From positions 96,001 through 160,000 of the forward strand of contig CAVXTH010000006.1 in the NCBI GenBank assembly GCA_963764625.1: DNA of 64,000 bases. The letters run 5' to 3'. The stretch comes from Candidatus Krumholzibacteriota bacterium (GTDB lineage Bacteria > Krumholzibacteriota > Krumholzibacteriia > JAJRXK01). Of the stretch, positions 8,853 through 18,904 are shown piece by piece. The notes below the pieces were generated by a model. It saw only the letters and a program-made list of their open reading frames with translations, made no database searches and had not been told where the DNA came from. A program made the position numbers and the translations under genes. How positions within the stretch are numbered: the first letter of the stretch is position 1; every line of letters starts with the position of its first letter.

Positions 8853-9347
8853 TCAGCCCCGCGATTCGGGCTCCTGCGCCGCGTTCTTGCGCGTGCTCCG
8901 CTGGCGGTCCACCCAGCGTTGGGTCGCTTGTGCGAGCTGGCGGAGCCCCTCGACCGCATCCTCGCGCCGTTCGCCGGGGAGCAGGGCCAGGATTTCTCGG
9001 CAGGAGGCGCGGATCCGGCTTTCGAGTTCTTGAAACTGTTCCTCCCCGGCGGGCGTGAGCTGGACCTCGACGCGTCGGCGGTCCTGCTTGGCTGGCTGCC
9101 GAACCGCTAAGTTCTTTTTTTCCAAGCCGTCCACCACGCGGGTCAAGGTGCTCTGCGTCAGCCGTAACTCTTCGGCCAGGACCTTCATGCCCGCCGAGCC
9201 GAGCTCCCACAGGGTTTGCATCAGGTTCCATTGGCTCAGGCTGAGACCGGCCTCGGCGCAGAAGAAACGATCCCGCGCTGTCCCGCCCTGCGCAAGGATC
9301 CGTCCCTCGTGAAGAAGGCGACCGCTGAGTCGAAAACTCGAAATCAT
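8853..9347 (-). CDS. MarR-family transcriptional regulator
   Basis: LSLSQ..., LAEELRLTQSTLTRVVDGLEKK and DRRRVEVQLTPAG winged-helix motifs. Confidence 0.92.
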   Translation of the reverse strand: MISSFRLSGRLLHEGRILAQGGTARDRFFCAEAGLSLSQWNLMQTLWELGSAGMKVLAEELRLTQSTLTRVVDGLEKKNLAVRQPAKQDRRRVEVQLTPAGEEQFQELESRIRASCREILALLPGERREDAVEGLRQLAQATQRWVDRQRSTRKNAAQEPESRG

Positions 9348-9364
9348 GATTTCTCCAACTCTTT

Positions 9365-9389
9365 CGTAGATACAACTATTGTATCTACG
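9365..9389. promoter_or_regulatory. Perfect inverted repeat, probable MarR autoregulatory operator
   Basis: CGTAGATACAA-CTA-TTGTATCTACG: AT-rich 11-bp arms, ~17 nt upstream of the marR start. Confidence 0.7.
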
Positions 9390-9445
9390 TAACTGGTAAG
9401 TTCAAGGAATTATTTCCTCTGGAGCGCTTTCTCACTGGAGGTATC

Positions 9446-9473
9446 TTGACAGCGGAATCCGAAGCGGTACACT
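9446..9473 (+). promoter_or_regulatory. sigma70-type promoter for tRNA-Thr
   Basis: TTGACA-N16-TACACT. Confidence 0.65.
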
Positions 9474-9535
9474 TCACCTCGGCGACACCATGATGCAGAA
9501 ATGGCATCGGGCTTCCGTCTTCCAAGTCGCATCGA

Positions 9536-9611
9536 GCTGGTGTAGCTCAGCTGGTAGAGCAGCTCACTCGTAATGAGCAGGTCTGCGGTTCGATTCCGCA
9601 CACCAGCTCCA
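9536..9611 (+). tRNA. tRNA-Thr (CGT)
   Basis: GCTGGTG/CACCAGC acceptor stem, GCTCA-CT CGT AA-TGAGC anticodon arm, CCA end. Confidence 0.97.
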
Positions 9612-9672
9612 CTCGTGATTCGAGAGTCCCTGCATGCCTCGCGGGGAGTGATGCGGTCGCGGAATGTCGTCT

Positions 9673-9709
9673 GAAGGGGCCCTGCAGCCTGGGCCCCTTC
9701 TTCTTTTTT
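9673..9709 (+). terminator. Rho-independent terminator
   Basis: GAAGGGGCCC...GGGCCCCTTC hairpin followed by a T-rich tract. Confidence 0.75.
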
Positions 9710-9733
9710 GCGCGGGGAAAGGAGCACGCGGAC

Positions 9734-11077
9734 GTGGCCTTGAAGATCAGCATCTCTGGAATTCGCGGAGTGGTGGGTGAGGATCTCAACGCCGAGGTCG
9801 TGGCGCAGTTCGCGGCGGCCATGGGGAACATGCTTCCCCCGGGTGAGGTCGTCATCGCGCGCGACTCGCGGCCTTCGGGTCCGGCGCTCAGTCGCGCCGC
9901 GGCCGCGGCCTTGCTCTCGACCGGACACGGGGTGGTCGACGCGGGAATCCTGAGCACGCCGGGCACGGAATTCATGGTGCAGGAGAGCGACGCGGTCGGC
10001 GGCATCATCGTCACCGCGAGTCACAACCCGGTGCAGTGGAACGCGCTGAAACTCCTCGACGCCAAGGGACTCTTTTTCCCCCAAGAGGCCATGGATGAAT
10101 TGCTCCGGCGCTTCGCCAAGCCGCGACAGCACGTGGATGCGCTCTCCCAAGGACAGTATCGAAAAGACACGCAGGCCAACGATCGCCACCTCGAAGCGAT
10201 CTGCGGCCTCGCGATGGTGGACGTCGAGAAAATCGCAAAGGCCAAGTTGAAGGTGGTGGTGGATTGCACCGAGGGCGCGGGAGGGTCGATCATGCCCTCG
10301 CTCCTGCGCCGACTGGGTGTCGAAGCCGTCGAACTCAACTGCGCGATGAGTGGTCACTTTCCCCACGACCCCGAACCCCGCCCCGAACACCTGGAAGAAC
10401 TGTGCGCGCGGGTCGCGGACGAGCACGCCGATCTCGGCTTCGCGGTCGATCCGGACGTCGATCGTCTCGCGCTGGTCGATCGCGGGGGCCAGGCGGTGAG
10501 CGAGGAGCGCACCCTGGTCGTGGCCGCCGACCACGTTCTTTCCCGCCAGCCGGGTCCTCTGGTCGTGAATCTCAGCTCCACCATGGCCCTGGACGCGGTG
10601 GCGCAGCGCCATGGGGTCCCCATCCACCGAACCGCGGTGGGGGAGGCCAATGTGGTCCGAAGGATGCTCCAAATCTCGGCTGTCGTCGGAGGAGAGGGGA
10701 ATGGGGGGGTCATTCTCCCCGCGCTTCACCCGGGACGCGATGCCCCCCTGGGGGCCGCCCTGGTGCTCTCCGCGGTGGCCGAAGCGGGGTCTCTGCGGGC
10801 CTGTCTGGACCGCTATCCCGAGACGGCCATGGTCAAGGCCAAGCTGGCCCTGCGCCCCGAAATCGACGATCCAAAACGGTGGGAGGCGTCCCTGAAGGCA
10901 CTCGGAGGGGGGGGACAGATGGACTCCACCGATGGACTCAAGTACTCTCTTAGGAGCTCCTGGGTCCATCTCCGCCGTTCCAACACGGAAAACGCGCTTC
11001 GCATCATCGCGGAGGCGGAAACGATGGCTTTGGCCTCCGAGCTGGTGGAGAGCGTGCGCCGGTCTCTGGATCGCTGA
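9734..11077 (+). CDS. glmM: Phosphoglucosamine mutase
   Basis: SISGIRG, TASHNP phosphoserine motif, DPDVDR metal loop, GGEGNGG; directly upstream of glmS. Confidence 0.88.
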   Translation: MALKISISGIRGVVGEDLNAEVVAQFAAAMGNMLPPGEVVIARDSRPSGPALSRAAAAALLSTGHGVVDAGILSTPGTEFMVQESDAVGGIIVTASHNPVQWNALKLLDAKGLFFPQEAMDELLRRFAKPRQHVDALSQGQYRKDTQANDRHLEAICGLAMVDVEKIAKAKLKVVVDCTEGAGGSIMPSLLRRLGVEAVELNCAMSGHFPHDPEPRPEHLEELCARVADEHADLGFAVDPDVDRLALVDRGGQAVSEERTLVVAADHVLSRQPGPLVVNLSSTMALDAVAQRHGVPIHRTAVGEANVVRRMLQISAVVGGEGNGGVILPALHPGRDAPLGAALVLSAVAEAGSLRACLDRYPETAMVKAKLALRPEIDDPKRWEASLKALGGGGQMDSTDGLKYSLRSSWVHLRRSNTENALRIIAEAETMALASELVESVRRSLDR

Positions 11078-11117
11078 TCCAAGCGCGCACCGGCCCGAGC
11101 CGAGAGGGGAATCTTTC

Positions 11118-12944
11118 ATGTGTGGCATCATCGCCATGGTGGGACACAAGCCCACTGCCAACATTCTCATCGAAGGTCTCAAGCGCCTGGAATATCGCGG
11201 CTATGACAGCGCGGGCATCGCGGTCCGCAACGGAAAAGGCCTGCAGCTTCGCAAGTGCGCCGGGAAGATCAATCGCCTCGAGGCTCTGCTCGCGAAGGAT
11301 CCGATCGACGGCGAGAGCGGCATCGCGCATACCCGATGGGCCACGCACGGTCATCCGACCCAAGAGAACGCCCATCCACACTTCAGCTGCGATCGCAAAG
11401 TCGTTCTCGTGCACAACGGCATCATCGAGAACTACCAGGCTCTGAAGTCGAAGCTCGAGAAAGTCGGCCACACCTTCGATACCGAGACCGACACCGAAGT
11501 TCTCGCGCATCTGATCGAGTACCACTACAAGGGTACTCTTGAGACGGCGGTGCAGGAGGCTCTCAAGCTGGTGCGAGGAACCTACGGAATCGCAGTGATG
11601 CATCAGGACGAGCCGGGCAAAGTCGTGGGCGCGCGCAACGGCAGTCCTCTGGTGGTGGGTTTGGGCGACGACGAGTACTTCGTCGCCAGCGACGTGGCGG
11701 CCATTCTGGCGCGGACGCGTCAGGTGATCTACCTGGACGACGGCGAGATGGTGGTCATCACCGCGTCGGGTTACCACACCATGGACATCGACAACAAGAA
11801 AGTAGACAAGGACATCCACGAGGTGACCTGGGATCTGGATCAGATCGAGAAAGGCGGCTATCCGCACTTCATGATCAAGGAGATCCACGAGCAAGCCCAG
11901 ACCATCGCCGACACCTTCCGCGGCCGTCTGCTCCCCGAAACCGGCGACGTGAAGCTGGGTGGGCTCGCCGACTTCGAGTCGCAATTGCGCCAGTGCAAGC
12001 GCATCCTGATTCTGGCGTGCGGCACTTCCTGGCACGCCGGTCTGGTGGGCGAGTACATGATCGAAGAGTACGCCCACGTTCCGGTGGAAGTGGAGTACGC
12101 CAGCGAGTTCAGATACCGGCAGCAACTGTTGGACAAGAACACCATCGTCTTCGCGATCTCGCAATCGGGCGAGACCGTCGACACTCTGCAGGCCATGCGC
12201 GAGGCGAAGAAGCGCGATGCCCTGGTCCTGGGGATCACGAACGTGGTGGGTTCCACCATCGCGCGCGAGAGCGATGGTGGGGTGTACATCCACGCCGGTC
12301 CGGAAATCGGAGTCGCGTCGACCAAGGCCTTCACCAGCCAAGTGACGGCCATGCTGCTTCTCACTCTCTATCTGGGCCGCATGCGCGACATCTCCGAGGA
12401 GATGGGGGTCAAGATCATCACCGGTCTCCAGGACATTCCCCGGCAGGTCGAGCGGATCCTGGCCCAGGAAGACCTCATCCGGGACATCGCGCAGGCCTAT
12501 GCGCAGCACAGCAACTTCCTCTATCTGGGACGGGGCTACAACTTCCCCATCGCACTGGAAGGCGCGCTGAAGCTCAAGGAGATTTCCTACATTCACGCCG
12601 AAGGATATCCTGCCGCTGAAATGAAGCACGGCCCCATCGCGCTCATCGACAAGAACATGCCGGTGGTCGTGCTCTGCACGCAGGACGGAACCTACGAGAA
12701 GATCAAGGGCAACGTGCAGGAGGTGAAAGCGCGCAGCGGTCGGGTCTTGGCCATCGTCAGCGAAGACGACTCGGACATCTGCAACATGGCGGACCACTGC
12801 CTACGGGTGCCCACGACTCTCGATCTTCTCTCGCCGCTCTTGAACGTGATTCCCCTGCAGCTCTTGGCCTATCACATCGCAGTATTGCGCGGCTGCAACG
12901 TCGATCAACCCCGGAACCTCGCCAAGAGCGTGACGGTGGAGTAG
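11118..12944 (+). CDS. glmS: Glutamine-fructose-6-phosphate aminotransferase
   Basis: MCGI N-terminus, LEYRGYDSAG, HTRWATHG, PRNLAKSVTVE C-terminus. Confidence 0.98.
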   Translation: MCGIIAMVGHKPTANILIEGLKRLEYRGYDSAGIAVRNGKGLQLRKCAGKINRLEALLAKDPIDGESGIAHTRWATHGHPTQENAHPHFSCDRKVVLVHNGIIENYQALKSKLEKVGHTFDTETDTEVLAHLIEYHYKGTLETAVQEALKLVRGTYGIAVMHQDEPGKVVGARNGSPLVVGLGDDEYFVASDVAAILARTRQVIYLDDGEMVVITASGYHTMDIDNKKVDKDIHEVTWDLDQIEKGGYPHFMIKEIHEQAQTIADTFRGRLLPETGDVKLGGLADFESQLRQCKRILILACGTSWHAGLVGEYMIEEYAHVPVEVEYASEFRYRQQLLDKNTIVFAISQSGETVDTLQAMREAKKRDALVLGITNVVGSTIARESDGGVYIHAGPEIGVASTKAFTSQVTAMLLLTLYLGRMRDISEEMGVKIITGLQDIPRQVERILAQEDLIRDIAQAYAQHSNFLYLGRGYNFPIALEGALKLKEISYIHAEGYPAAEMKHGPIALIDKNMPVVVLCTQDGTYEKIKGNVQEVKARSGRVLAIVSEDDSDICNMADHCLRVPTTLDLLSPLLNVIPLQLLAYHIAVLRGCNVDQPRNLAKSVTVE

Positions 12945-12955
12945 GAGGAGACGCA

Positions 12956-13345
12956 ATGAGCGCGGATCGGCGAATCATCCAGAGCAAGAAAGCGCCTGCT
13001 CCGGTCGGTCCTTACAGTCAAGCCGTCGTGGCCGGCGAGTTCCTCTTTTCGGCCGGACAGATCGGAGTCGACCCCGCCACCGGAATGATGGCCGGACTCG
13101 ACGTGGCGAGTCAGACCCGGCAGGTGCTTCAGAACCTTCAGGCCGTGCTCGCCGCTGCCGGAGCCTCGCTTCAGCAAGTCGTGAAGACGACGATCTACCT
13201 GCAGGACATGGATGACTTCACGGTCGTGAACGAGATCTACGCAGAGGCTTTCTCCGAAGTGCTTCCCGCGCGAAGCACGGTGGAAGTATCCCGCTTGCCC
13301 CTTTCCGCCCGAGTCGAGATGGACGTCGTCGCTCTTTTGCGCTAG
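12956..13345 (+). CDS. ridA: RidA/YjgF family enamine/imine deaminase
   Basis: APAPVGPYSQAV, GQIG, PARSTVEV..LP motifs. Confidence 0.92.
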   Translation: MSADRRIIQSKKAPAPVGPYSQAVVAGEFLFSAGQIGVDPATGMMAGLDVASQTRQVLQNLQAVLAAAGASLQQVVKTTIYLQDMDDFTVVNEIYAEAFSEVLPARSTVEVSRLPLSARVEMDVVALLR

Positions 13346-13368
13346 AAAGATCACGCACGATCTCGCGG

Positions 13369-13464
13369 GGGGATGGATGGGTCCTGGTGGACCCCGGGGA
13401 CTTCAAATCCTGCGGTCGGGCGCCAAGCGTCCGAGGTGGGTTCGATTCCCACACATTCCCGCCA
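13369..13464 (+). tRNA. selC: tRNA-Sec (TCA)
   Basis: 96 nt; anticodon loop CT-TCA-AA; GGGTCC-TGGT-GGACCC 6-bp D stem; long variable arm; extended acceptor stem ending GCCA. Confidence 0.93.
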
Positions 13465-13491
13465 CTCCTCCCTTCACCGCGCGTTGAATCG

Positions 13492-14457
13492 ATGACTCAA
13501 ACCGAAGACAGCGCCAGCTCGAATGCGACCTCTCCGGATGTCGTGCTCATCCTCAACCCCACTGCGGGAAAGGGGAGAGCGGGACGAGAGCTTGTGCACC
13601 TTCGCAGTCACTTCACGGCTCGGGGCATCAAGGCCGACATCTTCCTCACCCGCGCCGAGGGAGACGGACTCCGCATCATGGAAGGACTGGACCCGACCCC
13701 CGGAACCATCGTGATCGCGGCGGGAGGGGACGGAACAGTCCACGAGATTGGCGGGGCCTTGATCGACAAGCAGGACCTCAGCCTCGCAGTAATCCCCATG
13801 GGCTCGGGGAACGACTACGCCAAGTTGATGGGCATGCCGCTCGATCCAGTCCGCTGCCTCGATCTCATCATGGAGGGTACCGACCAACTCTGGGACGTGG
13901 GTTTGGTGGGCGAGGAGTTCTTCCTCAATTCCGTGGGCTTCGTCCTCTCCTCGGCCGTGAGCTGGCACAGTCGCCATACCGGTCCGCTCACCGGAAGCGC
14001 GCGCTATGGTATGGCAGCTCTCCGCGCATGGGCCGACCACCGGCCGGTTCGCATGGGCTTCGACGGCCTGAAGGCTTCAGGCGACCACTGGGTGAGTCTC
14101 ATGGAAGTCGGCATCGGCGATCGGGCTGGCGGGGGGTACCGTCTCACGCCGCAGGCCCACCCGGCCGATGGGCTTCTGGACGTGTGTCTGGTGGACGCCC
14201 TGACGCGCTGGAAAATCCCGCTTCTTCTGCCGCGGGCGCGGACGGGACGCCATCTGAATCATCCCAAAGTGCTCTACGAACAGGTCTCGGGATTTCGTCT
14301 GCGTCTGGACTCCCGCACACTGATTCACCTCGACGGGGAACTCAAACGCCTCGAGAAGGGTGAATACAGCATACGCGTGAAGGGAAAGTGTCTGCGGGTG
14401 CGCATTCCCCGAGCTCGGGCCGAGGCCCTCCAGAAGAGGAAGGAGGAGACACCGTGA
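13492..14457 (+). CDS. Diacylglycerol/lipid kinase family (YegS/DAGK)
   Basis: NPTAG, GGDGT and PMGSGNDYA motifs; the start is placed after selC. Confidence 0.9.
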   Translation: MTQTEDSASSNATSPDVVLILNPTAGKGRAGRELVHLRSHFTARGIKADIFLTRAEGDGLRIMEGLDPTPGTIVIAAGGDGTVHEIGGALIDKQDLSLAVIPMGSGNDYAKLMGMPLDPVRCLDLIMEGTDQLWDVGLVGEEFFLNSVGFVLSSAVSWHSRHTGPLTGSARYGMAALRAWADHRPVRMGFDGLKASGDHWVSLMEVGIGDRAGGGYRLTPQAHPADGLLDVCLVDALTRWKIPLLLPRARTGRHLNHPKVLYEQVSGFRLRLDSRTLIHLDGELKRLEKGEYSIRVKGKCLRVRIPRARAEALQKRKEETP

Positions 14458-15095
14458 AGCCGCTGACCGGGCGATTCCTCGCTCTGATCGTGGGCTTGCA
14501 GTGTATTCTCGTACCCTCCTGGGCTCGGGCATGGGACGATCCTCTGGCCGGGGCCAATGCGGTGGCTCGCGAAGACTCGACCCACGCCGCTCCTGTCCCA
14601 TCCCCCCTCGATCTGGGAAACGGTCCGGTCTACCCGCCCGTCGATGCCGCGGCGGTCGACACCACTCGCTTCGAGGCCCGTTCCACGACCGCGGCGGTCC
14701 TGATGTCCGTTCCCCTCCCCGGCTGGGGCCAGTTCTACGGAGACGCCCCCTTCTGGGGCGTGGTCGCCTTCGGCGCGCAGATGTGGTTCTACGGGAACAT
14801 CGCGATGCAGCTGCGGCGACAGGAGCGCCAGCGTGTGGCCCGTGACCAGGCTCCCTTGGGAAGCGCGGAGCGTGAGGTGCGCGACGCCCTGGTGACCGAG
14901 CATTCCGAACGCGCCCGCGATTTCATCTGGTGGGCGGCTGGGTCGCTCCTCTTGGTCTCGTTGGATGCCTACGTCAGCGTTCAGCTGGTCGATTTCGACT
15001 CGCCCATCCCGCCGACTCCCGACCTCGAGCGCGGTCTCGGCGCGGAGCTCGATCATGGCGGGGTGGTCGCCCTGACCTTACAATTGCCCTTCTAA
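14454..15095 (+). CDS. Exported/membrane protein, DUF5683-like
   Basis: Signal peptide; '[15 protein letters not shown]' and '[13 protein letters not shown]' motifs. Confidence 0.7.
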   Translation: MKPLTGRFLALIVGLQCILVPSWARAWDDPLAGANAVAREDSTHAAPVPSPLDLGNGPVYPPVDAAAVDTTRFEARSTTAAVLMSVPLPGWGQFYGDAPFWGVVAFGAQMWFYGNIAMQLRRQERQRVARDQAPLGSAEREVRDALVTEHSERARDFIWWAAGSLLLVSLDAYVSVQLVDFDSPIPPTPDLERGLGAELDHGGVVALTLQLPF

Positions 15096-15130
15096 GAGGG
15101 TCACCGCCACTCGCTCACGTGTCGAATTCC

Positions 15131-16931
15131 ATGCAACAGAGTCAAATACGAAATTTCTGCATCATCGCGCACATCGACCACGGGAAGTCGACTCTGGCCG
15201 ACCGTATCCTCGAACTCACCCATTCGGTGGCGGCCAAGGACATGCGCGCACAGCTCCTCGACTCGATGGACATCGAACAGGAGCGAGGCATCACCATCAA
15301 GAGCCATCCGGTGCGAATGGAATATCGTTCGCGCGAGGGACAAAATATCGTCTTCCATCTCATCGACACGCCGGGACACGTCGACTTCCACCACGAAGTC
15401 AGCCGCAGTCTCGCCGCGTGCGAGGGCTGCCTGCTGGTGGTCGATGCGGTGCAGGGAGTGCAGGCACAGACCATCAACAACCTCTATCTGGCCTTGGAGC
15501 ACGACCTCGCCATCATCCCCGTCATCAACAAGATTGATCTTCCAGCCGCGCGTCCCGACGAGATCAAGGAGCAGATCACCGATCTCATCGGTTGCGAGGA
15601 GGAAGAGATCGCCCTGGTCAGCGCCAAGAGTGGGGAGGGCGTCGAGGAATTGCTCGAGAGGATCATCAGGCTGATTCCGCCTCCACAAGGGAAGCGGGAG
15701 GCGCCGCTGCGCGCGCTGGTCTTCGACAGTCAGTTCGACGCCTACCGGGGAACCATCGCCTACGTGCGCGTCGTCGACGGTGGCGTGACCAAGGGCGATA
15801 CCATCAAGATGATGGGTGGGGGTCAAGTTCACGAAGTGATGGAGACCGGCTACTTCAAGCTCCAGCAGATTCCCACCGACAAGCTCGAGGCGGGCATGGT
15901 GGGATATCGTTGCGACGGGAGCCAAGAGCGTATCGGCCGTGCGGATGGGAGATACCATCACCCACATGGAGAAGCCGGCCGCCGAACCAGTCTTGGGATA
16001 CGTTGAAGCACGTCCCATGGTCTTCAGCGGATTCTATCCCATCGTCAGCGACGACTACGATTTGCTGAAGGACTCGCTGGAGAAGCTTCAGCTCAACGAT
16101 GCGGCCCTGACCTTCGAGCCGGAAACCAGCGCCGCGCTGGGATTTGGATTTCGCTGCGGGTTTCTGGGGCTCCTGCACATGGAAATCGTGCAGGAGAGGC
16201 TCGAGCGCGAGTACAATCTGAATCTCATCGCGACCTTGCCGAACGTAGAGTACAAGTGCCTTCTCAAGTCGGGGAAGGAACTCACGATCGAGAACCCCAG
16301 TATCATGCCTCAGCCCCAAGAGCTCGAGGAAATGTCCGAGCCCTACGTCAAGGCCTCGATCATCGTTCCCAAGGAGTACGTGGGGGCGGTCATGAAGCTC
16401 ACTCAGGATCGGCGGGGGGAACAGGATTCGATGGCGTATCTGAGCGGGGACAGGGTCGAACTCCAATACCGGATGCCGCTGGCGGAGCTCGTGGTCGATT
16501 TCTACGACAAACTCAAGAGCGTAACTCGAGGGTATGCCAGCCTTGACTACGAGCTATGGGAGTATAAGGTCAGCGATCTGGTGAAACTGGATATCATGCT
16601 CAACGGCGAGCCGGTGGATGCACTCAGCGTGATCGTCCACCGCAGCAAGGCCTACGAGTTCGGGAGATCGCTCTGCGTCAAGTTGAAGGAGCTGATTCCG
16701 CGCCAGCTCTTCGCGGTCGCGGTTCAGGCGGCGCTGGGGAGTCGGGTGATCGCACGGACGACGGTGAAGGCGCTTCGCAAGAACGTCACCGCCAAGTGCT
16801 ACGGCGGCGACATCTCGCGTAAACGCAAGTTGCTGGAGAAACAGAAGGAAGGAAAGAAGCGCATGAAGCAGGTGGGCAGCGTGGAGATTCCTCAGGAGGC
16901 CTTTCTGGCAGTGCTCAAGGTGGAACGGTGA
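15131..16931 (+). CDS. lepA: Elongation factor 4 (LepA), split by a frameshift at ~15908
   Basis: [21 protein letters not shown]-terminus in one frame; [29 protein letters not shown]-terminus in the next frame. Confidence 0.95.
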
Positions 16932-17602
16932 GTAAGAGAAACAAGATCAAGAACTCAGGGGAATCGGAAAAACCAGACGCGCCCAAGGCGGCCAAGCTCA
17001 AGCGCAAGTCCGTAGTCCGTGAATACGCCGAGGCAATCCTGTGGGCGGTCGTGCTGGCCCTCCTCATCCGCACCTTCGCGTTTCAGGCCTTCAGAATCCC
17101 GTCGTCGTCGATGGAGGACACCCTGCTCATCGGCGACTATCTGTTCGTGAGCAAGTTTCTGTACGGCGCGGAGATACCGTTCACCCACGGTGCGCGGCTC
17201 CCCGCGGTTCGGCAACCGCACCGGGGCGACATCATCGTTTTCCGCTATCCAGAAGATCCCAGTGTCGACTACATCAAGCGCTGCGTGGCGGTCGGAGGGG
17301 ACACTCTCCTCTTTCGCGACAAAACCCTCTACATCAACGGCAAGGCACAGGATGAGCCCTTCACCAAGTACGTCGACGCCGGCCGATCGCACCGGCCCGG
17401 TTTCGATTCGGTGGGCCCCTTGGTGGTGCCCAAGGGGGAGCTGTTCATGATGGGCGACAATCGGGATCGGAGCGCCGACTCGAGAGTGTGGGGATTTCTG
17501 GACAAGAAATACCTGCGGGGCAAGGCTCTGTTTCTGTACTGGTCGTGGGATTCCAACGCCAAGCACCCCCGCTTCGGCCGGATTCTACACCTGGTAAAAT
17601 GA
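16928..17602 (+). CDS. lepB: Signal peptidase I
   Basis: [10 protein letters not shown] (catalytic Ser), YIKR (Lys), [11 protein letters not shown]. Confidence 0.95.
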   Translation: MSKRNKIKNSGESEKPDAPKAAKLKRKSVVREYAEAILWAVVLALLIRTFAFQAFRIPSSSMEDTLLIGDYLFVSKFLYGAEIPFTHGARLPAVRQPHRGDIIVFRYPEDPSVDYIKRCVAVGGDTLLFRDKTLYINGKAQDEPFTKYVDAGRSHRPGFDSVGPLVVPKGELFMMGDNRDRSADSRVWGFLDKKYLRGKALFLYWSWDSNAKHPRFGRILHLVK

Positions 17603-18726
17603 GCCACGAGGACCGCGGAGTCGCCCTCTACGTACACATTCCCTTTTGTGACCGCCGGTGTCCGTACTGCCATTTCTACTGTTTCGTGAACAAGGACGAC
17701 GCGCTCCCTTTGCGTTACACGCAAGCGCTGGCGCGGGAGCTTGCGCTTCACTCCGAACGACTGAATGAGGGAATTTCCTCGGTCTATTTCGGGGGCGGAA
17801 CTCCGAGCGTGCTCGATGGACAGGCGCGGGAATCCCTCTGCCGTTGGCTGCAAGAGGAACTGGGCCCATACCTTCTCCCGGACGCTGAACTCACTCTCGA
17901 AGTAAACCCGGAGAGTGCGCGACCCGAAGCCCTCGATGTCTGGGTCGACGCCGGCGTGAATCGTATCAGCCTGGGGATTCAGAGCATGGATCAGAGCGTG
18001 CTCTCCTTTCTGGGTCGCTTGAACACCCCGGAATCGAATCGTCGCGCTCTGAATCTCTGTTGCGAGCGCGTGGAGAACCTGAGCATCGATCTCATCCTCG
18101 CGACTCCCGGAAGTAGGGCCGATGCTCTTGGATCCTCGCTCGAACTGGTGAAGCAACTTCCCATCACGCATCTCTCGGCTTACCTCCTGGAGATTCATCC
18201 CGAGACACGCTTCGGCCGCGACGTGGCGCAGGGACGCTGGGCTCCGCGTCCCGATGAGGAACAAGCAAAAACCTATCTCGCGGCCGTCGAGTTTCTGAAG
18301 GAGGCGGGCTTCGAGCACTACGAGTTGAGCAACTTCGCGCGGGACGGACTCTTTTCGCGACACAACCAATCGTACTGGTCGGGGAAGACCTACCTGGGCT
18401 TGGGTGCCTCGGCCCATTCATTCGACGGTGAGCGCCGCTGGTGGAACTTCTCTGACGCCGACGCATGGTGCACCGCGCTCGAGCAAGGGCGCAGCGGCGT
18501 CGCGGGCATCGAACTTCTCGACGCCAAACAGAAGCGCGACGAGGAGATTCTCCTGGGATTGCGCACGCGCGCCGGACTCGATCCCGGTTGGCTTTCCGGT
18601 CGGCGAGAACTCTGGAGGGAATGGATCGGCGCGGGGTACGCCGAGATCGACGCGGGGCGTCCGCGGCTGACCCCGAGCGGATGGCTGGTCATGGACGAGA
18701 TCGCCCGGGTGCTCGCCGCCAGCTGA
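17599..18726 (+). CDS. hemW: Radical SAM heme chaperone HemW (HemN-like)
   Basis: LYVHIPFCDRRCPYC, YFGGGTPS, YELSNFAR, HNQSYW; typical lepA-hemW-hrcA context. Confidence 0.9.
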   Translation: MSHEDRGVALYVHIPFCDRRCPYCHFYCFVNKDDALPLRYTQALARELALHSERLNEGISSVYFGGGTPSVLDGQARESLCRWLQEELGPYLLPDAELTLEVNPESARPEALDVWVDAGVNRISLGIQSMDQSVLSFLGRLNTPESNRRALNLCCERVENLSIDLILATPGSRADALGSSLELVKQLPITHLSAYLLEIHPETRFGRDVAQGRWAPRPDEEQAKTYLAAVEFLKEAGFEHYELSNFARDGLFSRHNQSYWSGKTYLGLGASAHSFDGERRWWNFSDADAWCTALEQGRSGVAGIELLDAKQKRDEEILLGLRTRAGLDPGWLSGRRELWREWIGAGYAEIDAGRPRLTPSGWLVMDEIARVLAAS

Positions 18727-18904
18727 ATCCGGCGCCCTCTGCCGGGGGCCGCGCCCCGAGCTTCGCTCGGGAACCAGACCGCAACGTTCATCATGACAGC
18801 AACTTAGCTTTCCGGTTTGGTCTGCCGATCGCTTGACACTTTCCAAGCACTACCTTAGTTCTAGATTTTTGTGGAACGAGAGCGGACGGAGAGGAGGTTC
18901 CCCA

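Noticed and set aside
11078-11117. Possible glmS ribozyme upstream of glmS
   Set aside because: The intergenic space is only 40 nt and has no ribozyme consensus.
9410-12797. Long antisense ORFs (590 aa, 597 aa), and similar ones opposite mutS2, rpoD and pcrA
   Set aside because: Shadow ORFs of well-conserved genes in high-GC DNA, with no recognisable motifs.
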